Below, one piece after another: positions 31,323 through 44,381 of a stretch of 64,000 bases of DNA. A program made the position numbers and the translations under genes. The notes beneath the pieces are model-generated. The model made no database searches. It was not told the DNA's origin and saw nothing but the letters and a program-made list of their open reading frames with translations. How positions within the stretch are numbered: position 1 is the stretch's first letter; every line of letters starts with the position of its first letter. Source of the stretch: Eledone cirrhosa (Eukaryota); the NCBI GenBank assembly GCA_964016885.1, contig OZ024758.1, forward strand, positions 23,808,001 to 23,872,000, read 5' to 3'.

Positions 31323-31714
31323 AAATACAGGCTGTCCATAAAATCCCTTTACAATTTGAAAAATATATAAAAAATTTCAATGATGAGATATCTTAATCAC
31401 ATTTGTTCTATGTCCTCAGTAGTTATCAATTTCTTAATCACATTTAATTATAACACTTATTTAACCGGAGCCGTTTGTTTCATTTCTTTCTACTTTTACT
31501 TTTTGGTCTGGCAGATCTCACTTCGATCAAATTCATATGTAATTCATGTCATCCACGGATACTGTTAAACACGTGAGGCATCGTGTATATAGATATTTTC
31601 TTCTAAAGTAACGAATTTGGCAGGGGTGGATCACGGGTAAATCTGTAAATAAACAACCAAATGGATGAGTGAAATTATACTTTCAGTTAACTGGATTACT
31701 ATGTAAATAATAAT

Positions 31715-31905
31715 AATTGTTTCTACTTTAGGCATAAGGCCAGCAATTTCCCCCAGTGCATTACTGGTACTTTATTTTATCGACCCCGTAAGGATGAAAG
31801 GCAAAGTTAATCTCGGCGGGATTTGAACTCAGAATGTAAAGGGACGTAACTATGCTAGAAAGCATGGCGTCCGACCCTCTACCGATACTGCCAATCTACC
31901 GCCCT
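31715..31905 (-). mobile_element. tRNA-derived SINE
   Basis: Same family, full length. Confidence 0.9.
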
Positions 31906-31906
31906 A

Positions 31907-32327
31907 TTGACCTATACTAAAGGGTTTCACTGATAGGGTTATATGTGTTATAATTCCCCAGTTGACCTATACTAAAGGTCTTCACTGATAGTTATGTGTT
32001 ATAATTCCCCAGTTGACCTATACTAAAGGGCTTCACTGATAGGGTTATATGTGTTATAATTCCCCAGTTGACCTATACTAAAGGTCTTCACTGATAGTTA
32101 TGTGTTATAATTCCCCAGTTGACCTATACTAAAGGGCTTCACTGATAGGGTTATATGTGTTATAATTCCCCAGTTGACCTATACTAAAGGGCTTCACTGA
32201 TAAGGTTATATGTGTTATAATTTCCCAGTTGACCTATACTAAAGGGCTTCACTGATAGGGTTATATGTGTTATAATTCCCCAGTTGACCTATACTAAAGG
32301 GCTTCACTGATAGGGTCATGTGTTATA
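31907..32327. repeat. Minisatellite, 8 units of 55/51 bp
   Basis: GACCTATACTAAAGG occurs at 31909, 31964, 32015, 32070, 32121, 32176, 32231 and 32286. Confidence 0.95.
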
Positions 32328-32601
32328 ATAATAATAATCAGTTTCTGATTTAGATACACGGCCAGCAATTTTGGGGGAGGGGAAAGTCGATTAAATTGAC
32401 CCCAGTGCATTACTGGTACTTTATTTTATCGACTCTGTAAGGATGAAATGCAAAGCTAACCTCAAATCACGCCGAGGACTGTTGGCCGAATAAGGAATCT
32501 CGGACCATCAGCGGTAAACTACTAGGGTAGATGGAGCAATAGGTGACACCTGCGACTCTCAAGAAAACTCTCACAACCCAGTGACGGTCGTTTATATTCT
32601 G

Positions 32602-32648
<47 letters not shown>

Positions 32649-32752
32649 ACAATATTAATAAATGGAAACTATATTTATAAAACCATATTTATTTCATTAT
32701 ATATATTTCAAGGATACCAAGTTAAATCAATATCTATTTGTAAAACTGTTAT

Positions 32753-32829
32753 ATATTGTATTTTGTCTGATGAAGGCATACCATGATTTAACTTGGTATC
32801 CTTGAAATATATATAATGAAATAAATATG
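32753..32829 (+). ncRNA. Type I hammerhead ribozyme (family E)
   Basis: AUAUUGUAUUUUGU-CUGAUGA-AGGCAUACCA..UGGUAUCCUU-GAAA-UAUAUA-UA^AUGAAAUAAAAUAU. It is preceded by an inverted partial copy at 32650-32730. Confidence 0.75.
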
Positions 32830-32844
32830 GTTTTATAAATATAT

Positions 32845-33214
32845 GTTTCTTTTATTTGCCACCAGGGCATCAAAAGTGGGACAAGTACAATGGGGGGAGT
32901 TTACAAAACAAGGCGTCCTCAATAAGGAGGAGGCAATAACAATATATAAAAATAAAATAAAATAAAATAAAATATAACAAAAAATAAAATTTATAACAAA
33001 GTCCTCAATAGAGAGGAGGCGCCTTGGGGGGTCGCACACACCCCCGAAAAAAGTGTGCAAACCTTCTCCTCAGGAGCACAGAGAAGGGGTGTTCCCTTGG
33101 TCTTTCATCTTCCTCACCTATAGTCTGATGTAGAGTGAAGGCCCATTCACACGGGCCATTCTCGCCACTTTCACCCATCTTTCATAGAAACGGCTGGGGT
33201 GCAGCACCTCTCTC
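32845..33214 (-). mobile_element. LINE 3'-end fragment with an 18-bp target-site duplication
   Basis: TSD TATGGTTTTATAAATATA at 32827 and 33215. Minus translation ..VLHPSRFYERWVKVARMARVNGPSLYIRL*. A second copy lies at 42457-42770 (+). Confidence 0.75.
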
Positions 33215-33251
33215 TATGGTTTTATAAATATAGTTTCCATTTATTAATATT

Positions 33252-33440
33252 GGCGGTGGATTGGCAGTATCGGTAGAGGTTCGGACGCCATGCTTTGACG
33301 CATAGAGTTACGGCCCTTGCCATTCTGAGTTCAAATCCCGCCGAGGTTAACTTTGCCTTTCATCCTTACGGGGTCGATAAAATAAAGTACCAGTAATGTA
33401 CTGGGTAATTTTCTGGCCTTGTGCCAATAGTAGAAACAAT
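33252..33440 (+). mobile_element. tRNA-derived SINE with 10-bp TSD (ATTAATATTG)
   Basis: TSD at 33243 and 33439. Confidence 0.9.
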
Positions 33441-33535
33441 TAATATTGTATATCTACTCCAAATATTTGTCGAGTGCTTTATATCAGTTATAATAATATT
33501 TGCTTGTTGTATCCCAACAATTTAAATAGAACTTT

Positions 33536-33576
<41 letters not shown>

Positions 33577-33868
33577 TGTTATACTTGGGGAGGATCATAT
33601 AGTTGTAATAATATTGCCAGAAATAATAACTGAACACACTCACTGTTTGGTTGGTTTTCGCTTCTGTATCTTTTATATCTCCATAGTTAATTTATTTGGC
33701 AATCAATATTTATCATTGACTGACCAACGGTTAAAAATACAGATATGAAAAAATATATATATATAGTCTATCAAAGTTCTTTCGTTGCACATCTGCAACA
33801 TCATCAGTCGTACTATTATTATGTTCCTTCCTATTGTATTGTATTGTAATGTCTACACCATTTTTATT

Positions 33869-33899
<31 letters not shown>

Positions 33900-34049
33900 T
33901 TGATGATGTATAGAACTTTGATAGACTATATATAGCAATATTATTACAACAATATGATCCTCCCCAAGTATAACAATATTTGTTTCGACACACGATTTCA
34001 TATCAAAAACCTTGCAAAACAAAAAATATATAATTTAGGTATATATTCA

Positions 34050-34172
34050 GGTAGAAGGAGCCACGTGAAATAAAGTGTCTTGCTCAAGGACACAACACAT
34101 CGCCTGCTCCAGGAATCGAACTGACAGCTTCACGATTGCGAATCCAGTTCTCTAACCAATCAGCCACACGCC
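34050..34172 (-). mobile_element. Fragment of a second, CORE-like SINE family
   Basis: Minus strand has GTTCGATTCC (B box) followed by GTGTCCTTGAGCAAGACACTTTA. Confidence 0.6.
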
Positions 34173-34768
34173 TTCACAGAGACAGATGGGCAAGCTTATA
34201 TAGAAACACATACAATATGTTTATGTATAATACATTTATATATATATAGTCACATTGTGATCATACCACAGCTACCTATTTTAGCCGACCCTCGTAACAC
34301 CTCTAGCGTTCGGAAAACTTGACTCCCAGCATGACTACTCCCTTGTAAGTGCCGGCCTTGCCGAAGCACTTCTCTGTGCTACAGTAAACGATGTCTATTT
34401 ATTGATTCTCATATAAATCATTTCAGTGCCTACGTTCACCTAATCGCTACTAAACAGCAGTCTGACAGGTAAATTACATATGTTAAAATATAGACTATTA
34501 TTAGAGGAATTTGGGGTTAAAACAGTTCGTTAACGATTATATTTTACCCTAAAGCCAAACAGGAAGCTATTATGTGGTCGATTATTATGCTAGAAATAGC
34601 AGTTAATTCGAACCTTACAGTCTGATCTTGTTTACCATAAGTCCATTCACATTCAAAATGCCTTATGTGTATATTAAACTGACTCCAGTACTTGGTTGCT
34701 CTTCTTTTTCTGCCCCAATACTCATTGCCTGTTTCTGCTTAGTCATATTCTACAGCATATGTTTAGGT

Positions 34769-34916
34769 CAGGGTTTCCAAAACTTTTCCAAATGCAGAAC
34801 CCTTTTTGGTTTCTGAAACTTTTGGGTAACCCCCAAAGTCTAATACTGCTATATGGTCGTAATATAAATATACTCCTCTAACTTTTTTTCGCGGAACCCC
34901 ACTTTGGTAACCACTG
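34769..34916. mobile_element. hAT (Charlie-like) MITE
   Basis: CAGGGTTTCCAAAACT...ACTTTGGTAACCACTG ends, flanked by an 8-bp TSD GTTTAGGT/GTGTAGGT. Confidence 0.7.
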
Positions 34917-35203
34917 GTGTAGGTCGTACATTTCTACAGGCCGTGAATGAATATACAGTGAACAATACCAAATATGGTGTTACTATCTTGACAACATCCC
35001 TATAGGCTTTGTATTTAGTCGATATTTTCAGATTGTGTAACTTTAGTCTTCACCTATAGACGTTATCCACTCAACTACTACATACAGAATCTATGGAATC
35101 AGATTTTAGAGTCTATGCCTGTTTAAAGAGCATTCATACACTATATTGATCTAGGCAAAATCTATATAGTTTATCATTACAGTAAAGTAACATTTTAATA
35201 AAT

Positions 35204-35300
<97 letters not shown>

Positions 35301-35760
35301 AATATGTAGTTTAGAAAGCCAATTTTCACTTTTCTCCTATTTCTCACTCACTTCCTACCTCGAGATTTCCCATCTGCATTGTTGTGACTTTCTAAACTAC
35401 ATATTTTACATATTTCACAATGCTTCAAGCAAACTTCAACACCTCCATATATATATATATACAAATAAAAATTAAAGTACAGCTGTCTATGATTTCATGT
35501 TAGGTTGCTACATACCGAATTTAAGTATTAAAATATATCTTACACATTCGGATTTGTCTTCTTCGTGTTAAGAATATAAAACTTAATCTGGAATTCTTTT
35601 GTAAACCGGAACGAAAAATTTAACAATACCAAGAAAAGAGAAATGACGCTAAATAAAATTATCACATATCAAAATTTCCAATACATACTGGCAACAATGA
35701 TGCATTAAATATGGTTGCTCGTGGATACAGTAATACTTGCTATATTTCCTCGAATGTAAT

Positions 35761-35993
35761 ATTGTTTCTACTTTAGGCACAAGGCCAGCAATTACCCAGT
35801 GCATTACTGGTACTTTATTTTATCGACCCCGTAAGGATGAAAGGCAAAGTCAACCTCGGCGGGATTTGAACTCAGATCGTAAAGGGACGTAACTATGCTG
35901 GAAAGCATGGCGTCCGACCCTCTACCGATACTGCCAATCCACCGCCCTAACATGGCGTCCGACCCTCTACCGATACTGCCAATCCACCGCCCT
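35761..35993 (-). mobile_element. tRNA-derived SINE with duplicated head segment
   Basis: Same SINE family. CATGGCGTCCGACCCTCTACCGATACTGCCAATCCACCGCCC occurs twice. Confidence 0.9.
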
Positions 35994-36134
35994 CGAATGT
36001 AATATTGTCATATAGTAATATATCTAAAAAGAAACCTACAAAAAAACATCTAAAAAACACAAAAAAACCCCTAAAAAACATTGTATCTATAGGACCACGG
36101 GCGGCCTGCACGTTGGCACCCCCTTCATTTGCTT

Positions 36135-36214
<80 letters not shown>

Positions 36215-36312
36215 CAGTGACAATGGAGTTTGATTCCATTATGTTCAGACCTGATATATATTTATTTAACACAACGCATATACATTTACTTCTCGCCACC
36301 CATAAGATAAAG

Positions 36313-36993
36313 CAAAGGTTGTCAAAGTGTGGGCTATCACGACCAGGGGGCGTTAAGAAGGTCCAGCGGGCGCTGATGGTGGGGGCGTAGTGGCAGTGGA
36401 GATGATATAATAGTATATTAAATATCAAATAATACATATTATATATAAATATAGTAAATTAAAAAATATATATTTATTTATACATAGTATATATTATATT
36501 AACTAACAAATAGTTATCGCTCTACATGGCTGATCACAATAAATGTAATCTGAGCTTTTCGAATATTAATAAGAATAATATTCGATTCGTTTGCAATCAT
36601 GCAAACAGCCTCTTTTAAGCCATATAAGTAGAATGAGCCCCTCATTCTTGCGTTGGCATGTAAACAGAACTGCGAACACTAATGTTTTTAGGTGATTACC
36701 TTTCATCAGTGCAGTTTACTGCTCACCTGCCAACAGTCAGAGCTAGTGAAGATATATGATATTTTCTAAAATATACAGGGACTGATCGGCCTGATTTGCA
36801 TATTAGCAGACTGGCTGATCAGTCAGACCTGCATATTAGCAGATCAACTGATATAAATTAACGATTTTATTTATTATATATTAGTTACAATTTGTGTGCA
36901 GGCAGGTCTCTCTGGAAATAGGGATGTGGGGGTGCTGAAGGTTTTAGGTGGCAGCGAAGGGGGCGGTGGGCCCCAAAAGTTTGAGAACCTCTG
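36313..36993. mobile_element. Non-autonomous hAT element
   Basis: Perfect 8-bp TSD AGATAAAG (36305, 36994) and imperfect TIRs CAAAGGTTGTCAAA/TTTGAGAACCTCTG. Confidence 0.75.
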
Positions 36994-37031
36994 AGATAAA
37001 GGTTTGTAATGCTAATTACAAAAGACAAATC

Positions 37032-37824
37032 CTACATATGACAAAATGGCTTATAAAACGTCATTTATGCTACATATGACGCAACGGCTCATAAAACGTC
37101 ATTTATGTTACATATGACAAAACAGCTCATAAAACGTCATTTATGCTACATATGACGTAACGGATCATAAAACGTCATTTATGCTACATATGACGTAACG
37201 GCTCATAAAACGTCATTTATGCTACATATGACGTAACGGCTTATAAAACGTCATTTATGCTACATATGACAAAACGGCTCATAAAACGTCATTTATGCTA
37301 CATATGACGTAACGGATCATAAAACGTCATTTATGCTACATATGACGTAACGGCTCATAAAACGTCATTTATGCTACATATGACGTAACGGCTTATAAAA
37401 CGTCATTTATGCTACATATGACAAAACGGCTCATAAAACGTCACTTATGCTACATATGACGTAACGGATCATAAAACGTCATTTATGCTACATATGACGT
37501 AACGGCTCATAAAACGTCATTTATGCTACATATGACGTAACGGCTTATAAAACGTCATTTATGCTACATATGACAAAACGGCTCATAAAACGTCATTTAT
37601 GCTACATATGACGTAACGGATCATAAAACGTCATTTATGCTACATATGACGTAACGGCTCATAAAACGTCATTTATGCTACATATGACGTAACGGCTTAT
37701 AAAACGTCAGTTATGCTACATATGACAAAACGGCTCATAAAACGTGATTTATGCTACATTAGACGTAACGGCTCATAAACGTCATTTATGCTACATATGA
37801 CGTAACGACTCAAAACGTCATTTA
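37032..37824. repeat. 38-bp minisatellite, ~21 units, with a 4-unit higher-order pattern
   Basis: Unit CTACATATGACGTAACGGCTCATAAAACGTCATTTATG. Confidence 0.95.
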
Positions 37825-38433
37825 GTTTATCAGATCGTTTCTAAATTCCAACTAGTGGAATGTTCGAGGTAATTGTAAGTTCTTTAGTTTCGTTAGATCA
37901 CTTCAACTATCACGATAGGGCCATACCGGAGCAATGCGTAGATGTACATGCATGTTACTTTCTCGCTCTCTGCTTTCTTTCTATCTATTAAGCAATGGGA
38001 AACGCTAGAATCCGAGGAAACAAGTGATGGTTTACACCAGTAAATATTGAGTTCTATTTTAGGTAAGGGCAAAGTTGATTAAATCAATCCCAGTACTTCA
38101 CTGCAACTTCATTTTATCAACCTCGGAAGGATGAACGGCAAAGTTGACCTTGGCGCGATTTGAATTCAGGAAGTAAAAAACTAGAACAAATACTGCTGTG
38201 GTATTTTATCCGACGCTCTACCAATTCTGCCAACACCCCACCCTTGTTTAAAAAGGAGTCTGAAGCCTGTCTCGAACCCAGAGGTTCATAGGTTCACAGG
38301 TTTTATGTCGGAGTTATCCTAGTTTCCTGAGTTGCCTTCTCCTAGAAGAATGCCCTGACAAAGGCCAGGGGTCCTTCACTCCCAGTGGTTTAACCGCGCG
38401 ATCGGGTATCCAGCCCAATTATTTCTATGTCCC

Positions 38434-38465
<32 letters not shown>

Positions 38466-38531
38466 CATTTGTATACAAATATACACATATATATACACAT
38501 GTATATATGTATAAACATTATACATGTATAC

Positions 38532-38720
38532 AGGCGGTGGATTGGCAGTATCGGTAGAGGGTCGGACGCCATGCTTTGACGCATAGAGTTACGGCCCTTG
38601 CCATTCTGAGTCAAATCGCGCCGAGGTTAACTTTGCCTTTCATCCTTACGGGGTCGATAAAATAAAGTACCAGTAATGTACTGGGTAATTTCTGGCCTTG
38701 TGCCAATAGTAGAAACAATT
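38532..38720 (+). mobile_element. tRNA-derived SINE
   Basis: Same family. Confidence 0.9.
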
Positions 38721-40079
38721 ATACATGTATACACATACATACATACATGATGATAGCTGCAACTTGATTTCGAGTAATGCCATCGCTTGATACTTAAGCA
38801 TGAACATCCCGGACAAGGCTTTTCAGTCCTGCTAGGGACTTGCCTATGGCCAGCAATACCATGCATGTCACCAGTAGCGCTGAAGAGCGACCTGAACACA
38901 TACATACACATAATATGTAAAACATTTCAGAAATTCAGCACGTAATAACTGCATATACACAGAATATAACACACAACTCAAAACATACAGATCCACACAT
39001 GCAATAACTGATTATATTTTTTGACAGTGACTTGCCCTAATAGTTGTTCCAATGTTCAAAAGTGGCCCGCCAATGGAATATGTTGCACACCCCTGGTCTA
39101 AAGCATGCTGTCCGATGCTGCCAAGCCATTGTTCTTTCTACAATACAAATAACAAAATATAAATTTATTGTTATACTTTGGGAGGGTCATGTTGCCAATA
39201 AGAAACACACGCACCAGTTGCTTTCACTTCAGTTTATTATATATTTATAAATTTATAAATTTACAAATTTAAGTAAAAAACAAAATACGTTATAGATTTT
39301 TCTAGAAAGCAATTGTCTGTCATTTTTTTTTAATTATCAAATTCCCACTACAATTCCACCAAATATTCCATTTCATATATTTATAAACTAATAGACCAAT
39401 CATATGTCTTTAAGACATCCACGTAAGCTGATGATCTTTATATTTTCTTCGTTTAGTTATAAAACTATGAACGATTTCAGCTGGAAAGTTGAGATTTGGA
39501 CAAGTGATTAAGAGGAAAGAAAGTAGCTTCAGGTTAGCATTCTTATAAATTTATAAGTACTATTTACATTCTAATAGCATCAGTAAGAATATCTCATTAA
39601 TATTTATATTAATGTAGTAAGAGACGTAGAGTAAACGATAAGCCGATAGCAGGTTTATTCCTAGTTGATAGCAGACCATGTAATTTACAGAAAAAGACAA
39701 ACGTCACATAAATTTCGCCTCCTCTCTGTAAATTTACAGTCTTGTAGTTAATTACGAAGAAATTATTATGTTTATTAACAGGGGGAACTATATAATTCAT
39801 AGTGGTACCGAACAGTAATCTCATTTTGGTTATATATATATACATATAGATTAGACAGGGTGTGATAAAAACCAGCTATACCATAACCCACTGCTCGAAT
39901 ACTGGCGCATTAGTTCAGATCTCAGCCGTCGGGGTCCCTGAATCTTTTCTTTGAGTTCAAATCGCGTCGAGGTTAACTTTGCCTCTCATCCTTACGGGGT
40001 CGATGAAATAAAGTACCAGTAATGTACTGGGTAATTGGTGGCTTTGTGCCAAAAGTAGAAACAATTATATATATATATA

Positions 40080-40114
<35 letters not shown>

Positions 40115-40164
40115 TATATTTTCCCCATTTTGTTATCGAAATAAGCTAAGCTTCGCCGTCAGGC

Positions 40165-40217
<53 letters not shown>

Positions 40218-40903
40218 GATTTAATGCCTGACAATGAAGCTAAATTTATTTCGATAGGAAAATTGGAAATTAATCAGGTAGTATTAAATTTAGCCATGTC
40301 TATGTCTTCGGAAACGGAGCTATATTTTAATTGACAGTGTGGATGAGGCATGGTGGCTGGATACATTAGGGAATCATCATCATCATCATCGTTTAACGTC
40401 CATCTTCCACGCTAGCATGGGTTGTAGATGGGAACCAGCTATAAAACTAAAGTAAAAACAGACAAACAAACCAAAATCAAAATCCCATTAAGAATTTGAA
40501 TAGAATTGGAACAGTCAGTGGGTGAGTAAATACTATGGTCTGACAGTCGTATAGTTCTTGTTAACAGAATCTAAACACACTTTCAAAATCCACCAATATT
40601 TTTGTAAACAGTAGTAAAGCACTCTACGATTTGTATTCCTTAGGATTTTTTCGGTAAGGCATAAACCAGAGTTTTAATATTATAAATAATATATGTAATA
40701 ATATATGAATTATATATATATATAATATCAAAAGATGGTTAAAAGAGTTCCATGTATTTTATTATGCGCATTTCAAAAAGAAATATCATCATGCAATAAC
40801 ATTTGCGTTTTCGTCAGATAAAATAGGGAGACATGATATGAAGGTTAAAACACACTTGTGAATAGTGCAGTTTTAAATCAACATAGAAATATATGTATGT
40901 GTG

Positions 40904-40939
<36 letters not shown>

Positions 40940-40971
40940 ATATTAACAAATGGAAACTATATTTATAAAAC

Positions 40972-41049
40972 CATATTTACTTCATTATACATATTTCAAG
41001 GGCCACCAGAGCAAACTATGGTGCGCTTTCATCAGATAAAATATAATAT
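40972..41049 (-). ncRNA. Type I hammerhead ribozyme (family E, diverged copy) in a head-to-head element spanning 40937-41230
   Basis: Minus strand reads AUAUUAUAUUUUAU-CUGAUGA-AAGCGCACCA..UGGUGGCCCUU-GAAA-UAUGUA-UA^AUGAAGUAAAUAU. An inverted arm runs 41056-41230. Confidence 0.72.
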
Positions 41050-41233
41050 AGGTTAGTTAGCTCTGGTGGCCCTTGAAATATGTATAACGAAATAAATATG
41101 GTTTTATAAATATAGTTTCCATTTGTTAATATATTGTATATTTACTCCAATAATTTGTTGAGTGCTTTATATCAGTTATAAAAATATTTTGCTTGTTGTA
41201 TCCCAACAAATTAAATATAACCTCTACACACAC

Positions 41234-41298
<65 letters not shown>

Positions 41299-41453
41299 CT
41301 GTGTATAAACATATATATATATATGTGTGTGTGTGTGTGTATGTATGTGTGTGTGTTTGTTTGTATGTAAGAACATGAATACACCTGGGAGTAGCATGTA
41401 AACGTGAGGGTAAGAATGTTTCGTGTTGCAACAACTTAAAACATAAACACATC

Positions 41454-41488
<35 letters not shown>

Positions 41489-42456
41489 ATGATATATATA
41501 TATATAATGTGTCGGTACATTTGTAAGGCCCAAACACAAAGGAACCAAACTCCCACTGTCACTGCCTCCCGCTCTCCTCATCTTTCACTATTCTGAGCAA
41601 ACTGGGGGCCCACGAAATGGTCGACCCGCGACCCCGGCGGACAGAATAGAGAAGTCGTCTCCCTGGAGGATGGTGAGGGAAATGCAGGTAGCCAACCCTG
41701 AGTTGATGGTGGTGAGTAGTGAGGTAGTCGTAGGGCCAAAGACACCAGAAGTCTCCTCTGCTAGGGGCTCAGCCGCAAACCTGTCGGAGAGCGACCGATA
41801 TTTGTCATAAAGTCACCTATCTATCTATCCACCTACCTACCTACCTACCTACCTACCTACCTACCTACCTACCTACCTACTTACCTATCTATATGCATGT
41901 ATGTCTGTTTCTACAAGAGCAAAAGTTTGTCAGTCTTGAAATAACGACGCCATTTTTCAATGAATCTTCATAAAATTTGGCACATAGATCAATATCTACC
42001 CCAGAATAATGTATGAAGAAAATACCTCAAGTTCGATGACAGGCTGTAGTAAAACAGGAGATTGGGAATTTAACAAAGGAGATGGGAAAATATTGAAGAT
42101 TCCAATAGAGAAGAGGCGATAGAAAGTATGTATACATACATGATAGCTGTAAACTCGTGTTGGAGTATTGCCATCGCCTGATAAAATGCTAAAAAATGTG
42201 AGGCACGAATGTGGCTCTTTAAACCAGCCAAAGACTTGCACCCTCTGGCACATATATGGCAACTGTAGGCTTCTCCGGGACCTTCCATTGCTTTGTTCTG
42301 GCTGTGTGTTCTCATGTGTCTTTTGAGACCTCCTATGCTAACACACTCCTTGACACACACACACACAACGTCAAAATCTGTGCTTTTCCTTCCACATTCT
42401 TTCTCCCGCCGCTAAGGTCTTTTTATCTATCTATACGTACGTATAGATAGATAAAA

Positions 42457-42770
42457 AAATGGCCCGTGTGAATGGGCCTTCACTCTACATCAGACTATAG
42501 GTGAGGAAGAAGAAAAATCAAGGGAGCACCCCCCTCTCTATGCTCCTGAGGAGCAGGGTTGCACACTTTTTTTCGGGGGTGTGTGCGACCCTCCCCAAGG
42601 CGCCTCCTCCCTATTGAGGATTTTGTTATTAAATTTATTTTTGTTATATTTTATTTTATTTTTATATTTTGTTATTGCCTCCTCCTTATTGAGGACGCCT
42701 TTTTATGTAAACTCCCTCCATTGTACTTGTCCCACTTTTTGATGCCCTGGTGGCAAATAAAAAGAAAGTT
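42457..42770 (+). mobile_element. LINE 3'-end fragment (same family as 32845-33214)
   Basis: Reverse-complement similarity to that copy, ending GGTGGCAAATAAAAAGAAA. Confidence 0.75.
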
Positions 42771-43475
42771 ATCTATCTATACGTACGTACGTGCGTGCGT
42801 GTGCCCGCGTGTGTGTGTGTGCGTGTGTGTAGAAATACACGCATATACATATACTTACACAGACTTAAATGTGCCTACATTATGTCTATGAGACGATGAT
42901 GGAAATATAATAAATTTTCGAAAACAATCCAATTTTGAAATTGAAAAATTAATTTTTATTCCAATGAAACAAACACCTACAACTTCCCTTCCCTATCAGA
43001 CATATGCACACAGATGTACACACACCCACAGACGATTGCTTTGTATATGCACGACACATTTATACGTGAACAGGCATATGTAAATACATAAACATGAGCG
43101 CACACATTGGCAAATATATCTTCGTCTTTAAAGACTGCAGGTATGTGCATACTTAAGTATATATTATTTGTTGTAAATCTCATACGTAACAACAGCTGGG
43201 CAAATTGACAAGTCTTTTGTGAACGTAGCAATTCTTTAGAGGGTGCTTACTTATCTAATAGAGGTAAAATCATTCACCAGCAAGTTCTATATATCTGCAA
43301 ACACTTGTCTGCGTAAGTATGGTATCGTATTCGCAATTAAAATTCTGTGTAATGGAAATATATTGCTTGAAGCAAAGGTGTTGAGATGATTACGCGGACA
43401 AAAAATGGCAACATCTGTCATGGTGATATAATATAGATGTTAATGAAGTTATGTAAGTGTGCTTCTATTTCTGAT

Positions 43476-43527
<52 letters not shown>

Positions 43528-43692
43528 CGAAGGAAATGTGGTAAGGAACCAGGTGGACCATAACGCACCAAAGTACTCAATACTTGAGGTAGTAGAGTGG
43601 GTAATAGGAACCAGTAAGACCCCGACAGCTGAGCTCAAGCCGTTTCGACGGCTAATTCTGGACTAAATGAAAATTTATCCTGGTATTTATAT

Positions 43693-43802
43693 GGAATTAC
43701 CCCTTGAGAAGATCGGCTATTTAAATACCAGGATAAATTTTCATTTAGTCCAGAATTAGCCGTCGAAACGGCTTGAGCTCAGCTGTCGGGGTCTTACTGG
43801 TT

Positions 43803-43804
<2 letters not shown>
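43693..43804 (+). ncRNA. Type I hammerhead ribozyme, U3-A8 core variant (family F), in a head-to-head element spanning 43527-43806
   Basis: ACCCC-UUGAGAA-GAUCGGCUA..UAGCCGUC-GAAA-CGGCUugagcucAGCUG-UC^GGGGU, with a distal helix GGAAUU/GGUUCC. Confidence 0.75.
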
Positions 43805-43853
<49 letters not shown>

Positions 43854-44112
43854 GAAGATAGCCAGATGACATTTAAACCCGTAACAGCTCAAGAAAAAGA
43901 AGCGGTTTCTACGTGTTCGCTAGACCTGCTAGAACTAACAGCCAAAATATCCCTGAACAGCGTCGTAAAATAGGATATTTTGGATACGATAATCCGAGTT
44001 TTCACTATTACTGAAAAACGAAAACAAACAAACAACCAAAAGGATGATCTTGGTTTTAAAAGTTAGGATCAAGGATTTATTTTCTCAGAGTTAACTTGAG
44101 TCTGGACAATAA

Positions 44113-44328
44113 TGGTTTCTTATAGAGGCACAAGGCCAGCAATTTTGGGTAGGGGAAAGTCGATTAAATCGACACCAGTACATTACTGGTACTTTATTTT
44201 ATCGACCCCGTAAGGATGAAAGGCAAAGTTAACCCCGGCGGTATTTGAAATCAGACCGTAAGGGCCGTAACTCTATGCTGCAAAACATGGTGTCCGACTC
44301 TCTACCGATACTGCCAATCCACCGCCCT
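44113..44328 (-). mobile_element. tRNA-derived SINE (longer-3' subfamily)
   Basis: Same head and core plus a GATTTAATCGACTTTCCCC segment. Confidence 0.88.
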
Positions 44329-44350
44329 CGAGTCTGAACAATAATAACAC

Positions 44351-44381
<31 letters not shown>

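Noticed and set aside
41520-41800. GC-richer segment with an ATG, possibly an exon or LINE 5' end
   Set aside because: There is an early stop and no recognisable protein motif, so it cannot be assigned without a search.
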